Shown here piece by piece: positions 23,613-35,042 of a stretch of DNA of 55,755 bases. The DNA comes from Chiloscyllium plagiosum (lineage: Eukaryota). How positions within the stretch are numbered: the stretch's first letter is position 1; every line of letters starts with the position of its first letter. Under the pieces are notes generated by a model. It saw nothing but the letters and a program-made list of their open reading frames with translations, was not told the origin of the DNA and did not search any database. Position numbers and translations under genes: made by a program. The stretch covers positions 1,199,332-1,255,086 of the forward strand of contig NC_057718.1 of NCBI RefSeq assembly GCF_004010195.1. Reading direction: 5' to 3'.

Positions 23613-24029
23613 TGCACCACTTTCTACATGAAGACGTTGCCCCTCAGATCCTTCTTAAACCTTTCCCCTCTCACATTAAACCTATGCCCTCTAGTTTTCA
23701 ATTCCCCATCCCTGGAAAAAAACAAAATGCCCCTCACAATTTTATATACGTCAATAAGGTGACCCATCATTCTCCTATATTCCAAGGAATAAAGTCCTCT
23801 CCTGGCCATCCTCTCCCTATAACTCAAGCCTCCGAGTCCTGGCAACTTGAGGCCAGGCCCCCTCAAAATGTTTCCAGAAGGTCACCCAGACCCGACCTTT
23901 TTTAGTTCTATTAGGCAGGATGGTTTTTCCAGGAGTGATGCAGCTGGTCAAACCACTCAGATTTAAACAAACAGAATTTATTTACAGACCACTGCATGAA
24001 ACACAAACAAAAGAGAACAGAGTATAGAA

Positions 24030-24100
24030 TAACTTAACCTGCCTAACTTAACATGCCTAACTTAACCCGCCTAACTTAACCCGCCTAACTTAACCCGTCC
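24030..24100 (+). repeat. 14-bp tandem repeat (TAACTTAACCCGCC) x5
   Basis: Directly visible. Confidence 0.9.
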
Positions 24101-24780
24101 GAGAACCCAACACACTCTTTTGCAACTTAATGATGCTATTCCAATTTCTTGCAACATCCCCATAAACACACCCCTTGGCAAAAAAAAGGTAAATTCAAGC
24201 CCAGGTTCTCACAGGAGTGATGTGAGAGAGAGAGGATCTGCCAGGGATCATTTGCTGAAGCATGGATCCTCTGTCCCCACCAAACTAAAAAAATCCCAGA
24301 ACTGGGAGAATTGACCACTCCCCTTTCGTTGTGTAACTGTTCTAAAAAAACCTAAAGGCATTCCCTTATTGTTGACTTAGGCAGTCTCTGGTAGCCATAT
24401 CAGCACCTCTGCCTTTTACAACTCCTTTTGGAATAAAACAAGGACAACATAACCTTGTTGAAGGAGCAGCATTATCACATTTTCCAGGTTAACTATGTCT
24501 TTCCCATAACAAGGTGACTGAAACTGTACAGAATACTCTAAGTGTGGCCTCACTAATGACCTAAGCAGCTGTAGCAATCCTTGTACTCAATGCCTCGACT
24601 GATGAAGGCTAGCATTCTTCACAACTTTGTCTATCTCAGACTCTGCTTTTAACGAACTGTGTATGTGTATTCCTCAGTCCCTCTGTTCTACAACAGTCCT
24701 CATTTGGCTTGATTTTCCAAAAGTTGAAACTTTATTGCTGGAACAGCACAGCAGGTCAGGCAGCATCCAGGGAACAGGAG

Positions 24781-24816
24781 ATTCGACGTTTCGGGCACAG
24801 GCCCTTCTTCAGGAAT
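24781..24816 (-). ncRNA. Minimal hammerhead ribozyme motif
   Basis: Reverse complement reads ATTC-CTGAAGA-A-GGGC(CTGT)GCCC-GAAA-CGTC-GAAT. Confidence 0.7.
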
Positions 24817-25680
24817 GAGCAGAGAGTGTTCAGCAGGAGAAGATAAAAGGTAGGGAGGAGGGACTTGGAGGAGGGGCGTTGGAAATGTGATTGACCTGGG
24901 GTGTGCAGTGAGAGAGGGACTCACTGAAATCTTTGTAGAGAGAGGCAGAGAGCTTCTGCAAGGAAGGCATCCTTGTAAGAGGATTCGCAGTAGGTTGAAA
25001 TCTTCGAGGAGAAAGTGAGATCTGCAGATGCTGGAGATCAAAGTTGAAACTTTATTGCTGGAACAGCACAGCAGGTCAGGCAGCATCCANNNNNNNNNNN
25101 NNNNNNNNNNNNNNNNNNNNNNNNNNNNNNNNNNNNNNNNNNNNNNNNNNNNNNNNNNNNNNNNNNNNNNNNNNNNNNNNNNNNNNNNNNNNNNNNNNNN
25201 NNNNNNNNNNNNNNNNNNNNNNNNNNNNNNNNNNNNNNNNNNNNNNNNNNNNNNNNNNNNNNNNNNNNNNNNNNNNNCGGATGAACCAACCCAACCACCC
25301 TGTAGCACAGCATTTCAACTCCCCCTCCCACTCCACCGAGGATATGCAGGTCATTGGACTCATCCACCGCCAAACCACAACAACGCGACGGTCGGAGGGG
25401 GAGCGTCTTATCTTCCGACTGGGAACCCTCCACCCGCAGGGGATGAACTTGGGCTTCACCAGTTTCTTCATCCCCCCTCCCCCCACCTTGTCTCAGGCGG
25501 ATCCCTCCCGCCCGGCACCGCCTTCCTGCCCTGCAGTCTTCTTCTTGGCCTCTCCGCCTCCACCCTACTCCGACCTATCACCTTCACCTTGACCTCTTTC
25601 CACCTATCACATTTCCAACGCCCCTCCTCCAAGTCCCTCCTCCCTACCTTTTATCTTCTCCTGCTGAACACTCTCTGCTC

Positions 25681-25716
25681 ATTCCTGAAGATGGGCCTGT
25701 GCCCGAAACGTCGAAT
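25681..25716 (+). ncRNA. Minimal type I hammerhead ribozyme motif (Penelope terminal repeat)
   Basis: ATTC-CTGAAGA-T-GGGC(CTGT)GCCC-GAAA-CGTC-GAAT: conserved core, 4-bp stem II, palindromic ACGT stem III, GUC cleavage triplet, 4-bp stem I. Confidence 0.7.
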
Positions 25717-26367
25717 CTCCTGTTCCCTGGATGCTGCCTGACCTGCTGTGCTGTTCCAGCAATAAAGTTTCAACTTTGATCTCCAGCATCTGCAGACCTC
25801 ACTTTCTCCTCTTTGATTTTCCAAAATGCAACACCTGACACTTGTCTGTATTGAATTGCTCTTACCAACCCTCAGCCCACTTCCCTATCTGATCAAGATC
25901 CCTCTGGAATTTTTGATAACTTTCCTCGCTATCGATACCTCCTAATTATGAATCATCTGCAAACTTACTAATCCTTCTTGATGAAGGGCTTTTGCCCAAA
26001 ATGTTGATTTTCCTGCTCGTCAGATGCTGCCTGACCTGCTGTGCTTTTCCAGCGCAATTCTAATCTAGAAACTTACTAATTATGCCTTGTACATCCACAT
26101 CCAGATTATGTATGAAAATAACAAATAACAAAGGTCCCAGCACCTTCCTTGTGGCACAGCGCTAGTAACTGGGCTCCAGTCCAAGAAACAACCTTCAACC
26201 ATCATCCTTTGCTTCCTACCATCAAGCCAATTTTGAATCTAATTAGCTAGCTCTGCCTGGATTCCATGCGACCTAACCTTCACGATTAGCCTGTGATATG
26301 GGACTTTATCAAAGGCCTTACTAAAGTCTATACAGACAATATCCATTGCTTTCCACTCACCTGTCCT

Positions 26368-27845
26368 AGAGTCAGAGTCATAGAGATGTACAGCATGGAA
26401 ACAGACCCTTTGGTCCAACCTGTCCATGCCGACCAGATATCCCAACCCAATCTAATCCCACCTGCCAGCACCCAGCCCATATCCCTCCAATCCCTTCCTA
26501 TTCATATACCAATCCAAATGCCTCTTAAATGCTGCAATTGTACCAGCCTCCACCACATCCTCTGGCAGCTCATTCCATACATGTACCACCCTCTGCGTGA
26601 AAATGTTGCCCCTTAGGTCTCCTTTATATCTTTCCCCTCTCACCCTAAACCTATGGTCTCTAGTTCTGGACTCCCCGACTCCAGGAAAAAGACTTAGTCT
26701 ATTTATCGTATCTATGCCCCTCATAATTTTGTAAACCTCTATAAGGTCACCTCACAGCCTCTGACCCTCCAGGGAAAACAGCCCCAGTCTGTTCAGCCTC
26801 TCCCTGTAGCTCAGATCCTCCAACCCTGGCAACATCCTTGTAAGTCTTTTCTGAACCCTTTCAAGTTTCACAACATCATTCCGATAGGGAGGAGACCAGA
26901 ATTGCACACAATATTCCAACACTGGCCTAACCAATGTCCTGTACAGCCACAACATGACTTCCCAATTCCTGTACTCAATACTCTGACCAATAAAGGAAAA
27001 CATACCAAACGCCTTCTTCACTATCCTATCGACCTGTGACTCCACTTTCAAGGAGCTATGAATCTGCACTCCAAGGTCTCTTTGTTCAGCAACACTCCCT
27101 AGGACCTTACCATTAAGTGTATAAGTCCTGCTAAGATTTGCTTTCCCAAAATGCAGCNNNNNNNNNNNNNNNNNNNNNNNNNNNNNNNNNNNNNNNNNNN
27201 NNNNNNNNNNNNNNNNNNNNNNNNNNNNNNNNNNNNNNNNNNNNNNNNNNNNNNNNNNNNNNNNNNNNNNNNNNNNNNNNNNNNNNNNNNNNNNNNNNNN
27301 NNNNNNNNNNNNNNNNNNNNNNNNNNNNNNNNNNNNNNNNNNNNNNNNNNNNNNNNNNNNNNNNNNNNNNNNNNNNNNNNNNNNNNNNNNNNNNNNNNNN
27401 NNNNNNNNNNNNNNNNNNNNNNNNNNNNNNNNNNNNNNNNNNNNNNNNNNNNNNNNNNNNNNNNNNNNNNCACAAAGCCATGTTGACTATCCCGAATCAG
27501 TCCTTGCCTTTCCAAATAGATGTACATCCTGTCCCTCAGGATTCTCTCCAACAACTTGCCCACCACCGAGGTCAGGCTCACTGGTCTATAGTTCCCTGAC
27601 TTGTCTTTACCACCCTTCTTAAACAGTGGCACCATGTTTGCCAAACTCCAGTCTTCCAGCACCTCACTTGTGACTATCCATGATACAAATATCTCAGCAA
27701 GAGGCCCAGCAATCACTTCTCTAGCTTCCCACAGAGTTCTCAGGTACACCTGATCAGGTCCTGGGGATTTATCCACCTTTACCCGTTTCAAGACATCCAG
27801 CACTTCCTCCTCTGTAATCTGGACATTTTGCAAGATGTCACCGTC
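26368..27845 (-). mobile_element. CR1 LINE 3' portion (RT to tail), spans an N gap
   Basis: KSPGPDQVY, NYRPVSLTSVVGK, LVRPVLEYCVQFW and FTQRVVHVWNELP. Confidence 0.92.
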
Positions 27846-28884
27846 CTCTTGGTTGTCTCTTCAAAAAACTCTAAAAGATTTATCAGGCATGACTTCCCGC
27901 ACACAAAATCCATGCTGGCTATCCCTAATCAGGTCTTGACTATCCAAATATTGGTTGATCCTGTCGCTCAGTTTCCTTTGCAACAACTTGCCTACCACTG
28001 ATGTCAGGCTCACTGGCCTGTAACTCCCTGGCTTGTTTTTGCTACCTTTCTTAAAAGTAGAACAACATTAGCCACCCTCCAGTTTTCCAGAACCTCACCA
28101 GAGGCTAAAGACGAAGCAAAAATCCTCGCAAGAGCCTCTGCAATTTCTTCCCCAGCTTCTGACAATGTCCAAGGATGGATTTGATCAGGCCCAGGGCTTT
28201 ATCCACTTTAATGCGTTGTTAAGGCTGCAAACACTTTCCCTCTGGTAACATGTATGTGTCCCAAAACATCCCTAATTGTTTCTCTTATTTCCTTAGCCTC
28301 CATGATTCTCTCCTTAGTAATCACTGAGGAGAAACATTTATTAAAAATCTCCCCCACCTCCTTTGGCTCCACACATAGATGGTCATGCTGGTCTTTAAGG
28401 GGACCAATTCTCTCCCTATCCACTCTTTTACTCTTAATACAGCTGTAGAACCTCTTGGGATGATCTTTAACATGATCTGCCAGGTCCAGCACATCCCCTC
28501 TTTTTGCTTTTCTGATTTCACTCTGAAGTGTGCTTCTACAGTTTTTGTAGTCATCTGGGGATTCACTTGAGAGCGATAGCTTAAACCCAATGTATGCCGT
28601 CTTCTTTTTCCTGACCAGAGCCTCAATAGCCCTTGTCATCCAGGGATCCCGAAACCTGCCAGTTTTTAACCTTCAGCCAATAGGGACATACTGTCCCTGC
28701 ACTCTTGATATCACACTATTAAAAGACTCCCATTTGCTAGTCACTCCTTTTCCTTTTAAGAAACTCACCCATCGACCTCTGCTAGATCCTAATGGTCCCA
28801 AAATTGGCCCTGCTCTAGTTTGGCACCATAGCCTGTGGGCCTCCCTTATCTTCATTCACAACTCTGTTAAAACTAAGACAGTTA

Positions 28885-29375
28885 TAGTCCTTTTGGACAT
28901 GCGAAGTTTCCTTAACCTCAAGAGGAAGCAAAGAATTTGTTGTACTTTCATGACCATTACATCGACATGGGTGGACTAGGATAGATTGTCAGTGATTGTC
29001 ACTCAGAAGAACTTGACACTCATGAATATCTCCAGCTCAGTACCATTATGCAAACAGGAATGTGCCCTCCACTCCACTTCCTCAAGTCAATAACCAACTC
29101 CTTTGTTTTGTTGATGCTGGTGGAGAGATTCTTGCCTTTGCATCATGCTGCTAAACTCTCTATTTCTTTCCTGTATTCTATTTCATCATTGTGTGAGATC
29201 CTCCCTACAACGATGGTGTCATCAGTAAATGTTTAAATGGAGTTGGGGCAGAGCTTTGCTATACAGTGTATAAGGAGTACAGTGGGGGGGCTGAGTATGC
29301 AGCCTTGCGGGGCTCTGGTGTTGAGTATTAGGGTGGAGGAGGTGTTGTCACCTATTCTTACTGATTGTGGTCTAT
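28885..29375 (-). mobile_element. Rex1/Babar-type LINE fragment
   Basis: Reverse-complement similarity to the RT fragment at 31915-32390; appears to continue at 19000-19450. Confidence 0.65.
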
Positions 29376-29764
29376 GGGTCTATGGAACTTACTTCCAAAT
29401 AGCACTGTGGGTGCACCTACATGATATGGACTGCAGTGGTTCAAGAGAGCAGCTCACCACCATCTTCCAAGGGCAAGTAGGGATGGGCAGGAAATGCTGG
29501 CCCAGCCAGTATTGCCCACATCCCACTAATGAATTAAAATACATCAAAGTTGGATCCTTGCCCCTGAGCTTGTCTTTCTAACCCTAAATTAAAGTCCAAT
29601 GGCACAGATGTGAATGAAATGAGGATTGGCAAGGGATTGATCCCGATTCCCTTCCTTCCACAACTTTGTAGCCTACCCACACTCAATGGCAGGGTTACTT
29701 GTCCCTGTGTCATAATCATAGCATCTATGTACTGTATAGAGTGGCTATAGCACTGAAGGAGGCG

Positions 29765-29970
29765 AAAATGAGGACTGCAGATGCTGGAGATCAGAGTCTA
29801 GATTAGGGTGGTGCTGGAAAAGCACAGCAGGTCAGGCAGCATCCGAGGAACAGGAAAATCGATGTCGCAGGCAAAAGCCCTTCATCAGGATTCCCGATGA
29901 AGGGTTTTGCCCGAAACATTAATTTTCCTGCTCCTCGGATGCTGCCTGACCTGCTGTGCTCCATAGCACT
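29765..29970. mobile_element. Short inverted pair of Penelope-like termini (hairpin)
   Basis: agcacagcaggtcaggcagcatccgagg...aaaagcccttcatc / gatgaagggttttg...cctcggatgctgcctgacctgctgtgct. Confidence 0.8.
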
Positions 29971-31914
29971 ACTTTGTCCATACCTCCAAGTGGAGCACAT
30001 AAGGACTATGTAAGCAGTCCAATCCCATTCCTCTGCCCTGCAAGTTTATTTCCTGAAGGTACCATTTGATTTCCTTTTGAAATTAGTGTTATTCTCCATC
30101 TCACCAATTTGGTAGGTGCCAAGTTATTACCACTTAGCGCGTAAAATGATCTTTCTCACATTCCCGTTATGCCACATCAAAATCGCAGACATGTATGACA
30201 TGGAATGTACCCATTTGGTCCTTAATGTTTTTGTCAGTTGAGAAACAGTCAAGCAATCAATCCTACCTTCCAGCATTTGATCTGTGCCCAGAAAGTTTCA
30301 GCACTTCAAGTACACAATTCAAGTAAATTTTAAATGTTCTGAGGGTTTTTGCCTGTAACTCCATTTTGTCCTATAAAGGTTGGACCTCCAAAGAAGAGGT
30401 TAGAAGTAGAAGAGGTAAACTCATTCAAACTGATTTGCTTGGGGTATTCTAGAATCAGGATCACAGTCTCAGAATAAAAGGTAAGTAATTGCGGACGGTG
30501 TTGAGGAGGAACCTCTTCACTGGTGAAAGGGTGGTGAATCTTTGGAATTCTCCATTTTATGGAGCTGCAGGGGGTCAGTCATTGAGTTCCAGGCAAAGTT
30601 TGACAGTTTCCGAGATGTTAAAAATGATTCTTAAGGTATTTGAAAAGGTGCCACATCAAAGATTATCTCAGAAAATAAAAGCTCTTCAGGGAGTATGCAT
30701 AACAAAGAGAATGTATAAGAGGGTCTCTTTCTGAGAGGCAGGATGAAGAGTCTTGCAGAGGTCTGTGCCAGAGCCTTAACCTTTTACAATTTACATCAAT
30801 GACTTGAATTATAGGAGCAAAGGTATAAGACCTTATGACATTGGAGCAGAAGTAACACTTGGCCCATTGAGTCCTCTCCACCATTCAGTGAGATCAGGGC
30901 TGATCTGATAACCCTCAACTCACTTTCCAGCCTTTTCATAATCACCCTTGATTCCCGTACTGATTAGAAAGCTGGCTACCTTAGCCTTGATTATACTTAA
31001 CAAATTAATCTTCAAAGCCCTATGTGGTAAAGAATTCCACAGACTTTCCAACTTCTGAGAAAAGAAATTCCTTTTCATCTCTGTCTTAAATGGTAAACCA
31101 TCACTCTGAGGTTACACCCTCTGGTCCTCGACTATTAATACAAGGGGACACAACCTTTCTTCATCTTCCCTGCCAAGACCACTGTGGATTTTTTTTTGTT
31201 TAATTAAGGTCTTCTCTTGATCCTCTAAACTTGAATGAGTATAGGCCCAATTTTCCCAACTTTTCTTCATGAATCAGTGCCTCAAATCTGGGTATCAGCC
31301 TTGTGTATCTTCTCTGGACTGCCTCCAATGCTGGTAGATCTTTCCTTACAGAAGGGGCACAAGAATGTTCATAGTATTCCAGCTGTGGTCTGACTAGTAT
31401 CTTTTATAATTTTTAAATCTCTGCCTACTTTTATAACCTGTTCCTTTTGAAACCAAGGCCAAAATTCCTTTTTCCTTTCCTATTACCCGCTGAAGTTGAA
31501 TACCAGCTTTTTTGATGCATGGACGAGGACTCTCAAATCCTTCATTTCTGTAGTTTTCTGCAGTTTTTTTTTCTCTATTTAAATAATATTCAACTTCTCT
31601 CTTCTTCCTGCCAAACTGCATAACCTCACATTTCCCCATATTATATTCCATCTGCCAGGTTTTTGTCCACTTGCTCAATCTGTCTTTATCCCTCTGCAGA
31701 CTCTTTGTGTCACCTTCACCACTTTCTTTTCAACCTATTGTTATGTCATCTGCAAACTTGGGTATAGTACTTTCATTTTCCACATTCAAGTCAATAATAT
31801 ATATTGTAAATAACTGTGGCCCCTGCATTGATCCCTGTGGCACTAGTTACAGGTTGTTATCCTGAAAATGCCTCCTTTATCCCAACTCTCTGTCTTCTAT
31901 TATTGGCTCCTATT

Positions 31915-32390
31915 TATTAATTTTAGCTCCACCTTCAACACCACAGTTCCAACAAAACTCATCTCCAAACTCTGAGACCTCAGACTGAGCTCCCCCACCC
32001 CCCTCCCTCCCCCGCCGCTGCAAATGGATCCTGGATTTCCTGACCCACAGACTGCAATCAGTAATGATGGGTGACAACATCTCTTCCACAATAATCCTCA
32101 ACACTAATGCCCTGCAAGGCTGTGTACTCAGCCCCTTACTGTACTCATTTTACACTCACCAAATTCAGCTCAAACTCCATATACAAATTTGCTGATGACA
32201 CCACCATAGTGAACCAGATCTCAAATAACAACAAGGTAGAGTACAGGAAAGAGATAGAGAGCTTACTTGAATGGTGTAAATACAACAATCTCTCCCTCAA
32301 TGTCAGCCAAACAAAGCTGCTGGTTCTTAGTTTCAGGAAGCAGAGTAGAGGACACACCCTTGTCTGTATCAATGATACTGTGGTGAAGGT
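31915..32390 (+). mobile_element. Rex1/Babar-type LINE RT fragment
   Basis: [28 protein letters not shown] and WCKYNNLSLNVSQTK. Confidence 0.75.
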
Positions 32391-32937
32391 GGGGGTCACA
32401 CCGTCTGCTTTTCTTTTCGTTTCTTTCCTTTTTTTCTCTCTCCTCTTGTTTTCTTTTCTCTCTGCTATTTTAGTTTACTTACCTCTTGGTGATGAGCTTG
32501 GTCATGGTGAAGGCTTTAGCAGTTCTGAGTGGGCCTTGCGATGCAGACTTGAGTAGGCTCAGTAATACGGACTCATGGCAGTGGTATTAGATGTGAGCTT
32601 GGGTCCCCAGCAGCTTCTGCATTGTCAAGGTGGTCCTAGCATTGACTCTTAGCTGCTATTATGGAAGTGAGTTTGGGTTATTACTGCTGTCTGCTTCCAG
32701 CACAGGTTCATGGAGGTGGTGGAGGTGAGTTTGGGCCCAGTATGAGAGCTGGCAGCATCAGCAATGGACCCAAAGCAGAGTTGAGCTCGGGCTGGTGTGG
32801 TACCCAGCAGCATCAGTGAGATCTGCATTGGCAAGGTCCAATAGGAACTGATAGTGTTGAGGGCATTGGTGGAGGTGAATTGGCACCGAAGGCTGGTGAC
32901 ATTTGCTCCAGCAGTGGCAGCATGGTGACATCATGGA

Positions 32938-33277
32938 CTATAGAATCCCTACAGTGTGGAAACAGGCCATTGGGTCCAACAAGTCCACACTGGCCCTCCA
33001 AAGAGTAATCCATCCAGACCAATTCCCCTACCCCATTGCTCACCCTTTACCCCTGACTAATGCACCCACCCTGAACACTATGGGCAATTTAGCATGGCCA
33101 ATTCAACGAACCTGCAAATCTTTGGCTTGTGGGAGGAAACCGGAGCATCCAGATGAAACCCATGTAGACACGGAGAGAACGTGCAAACTCCACATAGTCA
33201 GCTGCCCAAGGCTGGAATCAAACCCAGGTCCCTGGTGCTGTGAGGCAGCAGTGCTAACCACTGAGCCACCATGCCAC
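32938..33277 (-). mobile_element. HE1-type SINE
   Basis: Head and core similarity to the other copies. Confidence 0.83.
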
Positions 33278-34104
33278 CTGGACTCATGCCTGGCTACCAA
33301 GCGCATGACTGAACACTTAACAAGAAGGACCGTAAAGGTGAACACTTTCTTTATTTCTTCATTTTTCTGCCTTTATGTTCTATGCTTTGGTTTATTTTTC
33401 TGTGTTTTAAGATGGTGCCAGAGAGTGGCAACACTATACAACAAATTTCACTGTATTTTGTAACAAGATACATGTGAAAATAAATAAATCAAATACATTA
33501 AAAAGTGTGAAATTACATGCCAACAGTTACCAGACCTTCACATATACATATAGATTTTTCTTTGCACTTTTTCTATGGCTACAATATATTCTGCATTCGG
33601 TTCTGTTATGCTGATGTTCTTGTGTAATGCATGATTTGTCAAGTTAGCATGCACAACAATACTTTTCACTGTTTCTTTATACATGTGACAATAATAAATC
33701 AAATCAAATATGAATTAGTCTACCGCCTAGCCATGCTCTTGTTAAATAGTCTAATGTGTGGCCCCTTATCAAATGCTTTCTGAAAATCCAAATATATTAC
33801 ACCCACTGCTTCTCCATATCCAACTTGTTACCCATTCAAAGAGTTATAGTAAATTTGTCAGGTATGATTCCCATTTCATAAAACCATGTTCAGTCTGATT
33901 TATTGATATACCGAAGCACAGTGAAAAACTTTATTTACGAGCAGTACAGGCAGATCAAAGTAAACAAGGATGTACAGAATATTTAGTAATTTTGGAGAAC
34001 TATTAATATCTTCTTCTCTAAAACCTGATGCCCCTCAATCACTAAGGAGCCTATGTTTACGTTAGCTTGTCTCTTCCTTTTAGTTATTTAAAGGTAACTG
34101 GTTG

Positions 34105-35042
34105 TTATCTATATCAATGATTTGGATGAGAATGTCCAAGGTATGATTAGTAAGTTTGTTAATGACACTAAAATAGGCAGGATTGTGGATAGTGAGGAAG
34201 GTTGTCAGAAATTGCAGCAGGACCTTGATCAGCTGGGGAAGTGGACCGAGAAATGGCAAATGGAGTTTAATATAGATAAGTGTGAGGTCTTGCATTTTGG
34301 AAAGTCAAATCAAGGTAGGAGTTTCATAGTGAATGGTAGGGCCTTAAGAAGTGTAATGGAACAGAGAGACCATGGAGTTCAGGTGCACAGATCTCTGAAA
34401 GTGGAGTCACAGGTAGACAGGGCAGTGAAGACGGCTTTGGAACACCGGCCTTCATCAGTCAGGCAATTGAGTATAGGAGTTGGGAAGTTATGTTGCAGTT
34501 AGACAGGACATTGGTGTGGCTGCACTTGGAGCATTGTGTTCAGTTTTGGTCACCTTGTTATAAGAAGAAATTTACAAGGATGTTGCCTGGACTCAATGGT
34601 CTGAGCTATCGGGAGAAGTTGGACAAGCTGGGAGGTTTTTCTTTAGAGCATAGGAGACTGAGGAGGGTTCTTATAGAAGTGTATAAGATCATGAGAGGCA
34701 TGGATAGGGTGAATACACTCAGTCTTTTTCCCAGGGTTGGGGATTTGAGGACTAGAGGGCATCAGTTTAAGGTTAGAAGGGAAAGAATAAAAGGGAATTT
34801 GAGGGCCAACTCTTTTACATAGAGGGTGGTATGCATATGGAATGAGCTGCCAGCAGAAGTGGTTGGGGTGGGTACATTAACAACATTTAAAAGGCATTTG
34901 GACAAATACATGAATAGGAAAGGATCAGAAGGGTATGGGCCAAGTGCAGGGAAATTGAGGTAGCGTTGAGGGAAAATTTGGTCGGCATGGAGCAGTTTGG
35001 GCCAAAGGGCCTGTCTCCATGCCGCAGGACTCTATGACTCTG
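34105..35042 (+). mobile_element. CR1 LINE 3' fragment
   Basis: SKFVNDTKIG, WQMEFNIDKCEV and LEHCVQFWSP; tail gactctatgactct. Confidence 0.9.

Larger units (their letters stand above)
24721..25812. mobile_element. Penelope-like insertion with inverted terminal repeats and target-site duplication (contains an N gap)
   Basis: 24721-24890 is the reverse complement of about 25606-25777; GIY-YIG remnant at 25278-25460; TTGATTTTCCAA is present on both flanks (24709 and 25813). Confidence 0.85.

Noticed and set aside
25976..26010. Additional hammerhead motifs here and at about 29860-29920
   Set aside because: Core nucleotides are mutated (TTGATGA/AAAA, CCGATGA, altered cleavage triplet), so they are likely inactive and were not listed as ribozymes.
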